Assembly: GCA_951406725.2 (NCBI GenBank)
Contig: OX597822.1
Coordinates: forward strand, 85,808,001 to 85,872,000
Source of the DNA: Octopus vulgaris
Lineage: Eukaryota
Length of the DNA: 64,000 nucleotides
Direction of reading: 5' to 3'
The translations under genes were made by a program, and so were the position numbers. The notes under the pieces are model-generated. The model made no database searches. It was not told where the DNA came from and saw only the letters and a list, made by a program, of their open reading frames with translations. Positions 63,205 to 64,000 of the stretch are shown in pieces. Numbering within the stretch: the stretch's first letter is position 1; every line of letters starts with the position of its first letter.

Positions 63205-64000
63205 GAGAGATAGAGAGAGAGAGAGATGGTTGCATGTCTCAGTGTGGCCAACGCGAATGACCCGAAACTTCGAAATCACTTTCAATGTTTCTCTACATAA
63301 ATTCCTTGAATGATCCTTGAAGTATTGTTTCGAAAAAAAAAACAAACAAACATTAAAACACACATATTCATTCAATAACACGAGCACACACACGAACACG
63401 TATAAACACATTTACATATATTCCACCCCTCTCTTTTCCTGAGCGTGCGTGTGTACACACACAGACATACATACATACATACATACATACATACGCACAT
63501 GCAGACATTTCTCGTATTTTCATCTGTATTTTTACTTGGCTGCATGAAAATATGTTTAGTTTGATCCACCTAGTGAAGTTCCTTCTTGCAATTATTTCGT
63601 TGCCATTCTTGTTGTTACGGAATTCTTGGGTCATTTGTAGTTTTAAACCTTATGGTTTTATCACTTTTTGCAACCAGCTGGGAGCCATGCAATTCTGAAT
63701 TTTCTAAACTTTACAAATGCTGGCGCTTCCATCCAGCTGTTGTTAGATTGTGTAATAATATATATTCATAATTGATTGCTTCAAACAGTAAAAGAGAGGT
63801 TTGTATTAAGCGAAAGAGGTTGGAGGAAGTATAATGTGAATGAATAAAGTATATACAATATGTTCGTCTGTGAATGCTGTGTGTTTGTATTGAGGATGAG
63901 AGCTGTAAGGGTCAGTAGTAGATATACGTGTGTTTAGAGGAAGTGTGAGGAGAAAACGGAGATTGAGTGAAGAGTGAGAGAGAAGGAGAGTTAGAAAATG

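Overview
AT-rich, repeat-saturated eukaryotic (animal) non-coding DNA. The SINE families and microsatellite load suggest a cephalopod (octopus-like) genome; this is inference. No intact host protein-coding gene is supportable, and most listed ORFs are microsatellite or low-complexity artefacts. Contents: dozens of tRNA-derived SINEs (at least three families), RTE-type LINE 3' ends and RT/APE fragments, a 5'-truncated R4/Dong-type (restriction-like endonuclease) LINE, Tx1/L1-like fragments, decayed mariner/Tc1 transposons, piggyBac-like TTAA MITEs and a non-autonomous Helitron. The most striking signal is about 14 hammerhead ribozyme (HHR)-like motifs from roughly nine different sequence families. 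Many sit in fold-back palindromic cassettes, often inserted in (TA)n/(CA)n microsatellites. One cassette fuses a tRNA-derived Pol III head to an HHR-bearing tail. These look like non-autonomous Penelope-like (pLTR-derived) ribozyme retroelements. All coordinates were read by eye and element boundaries are approximate.
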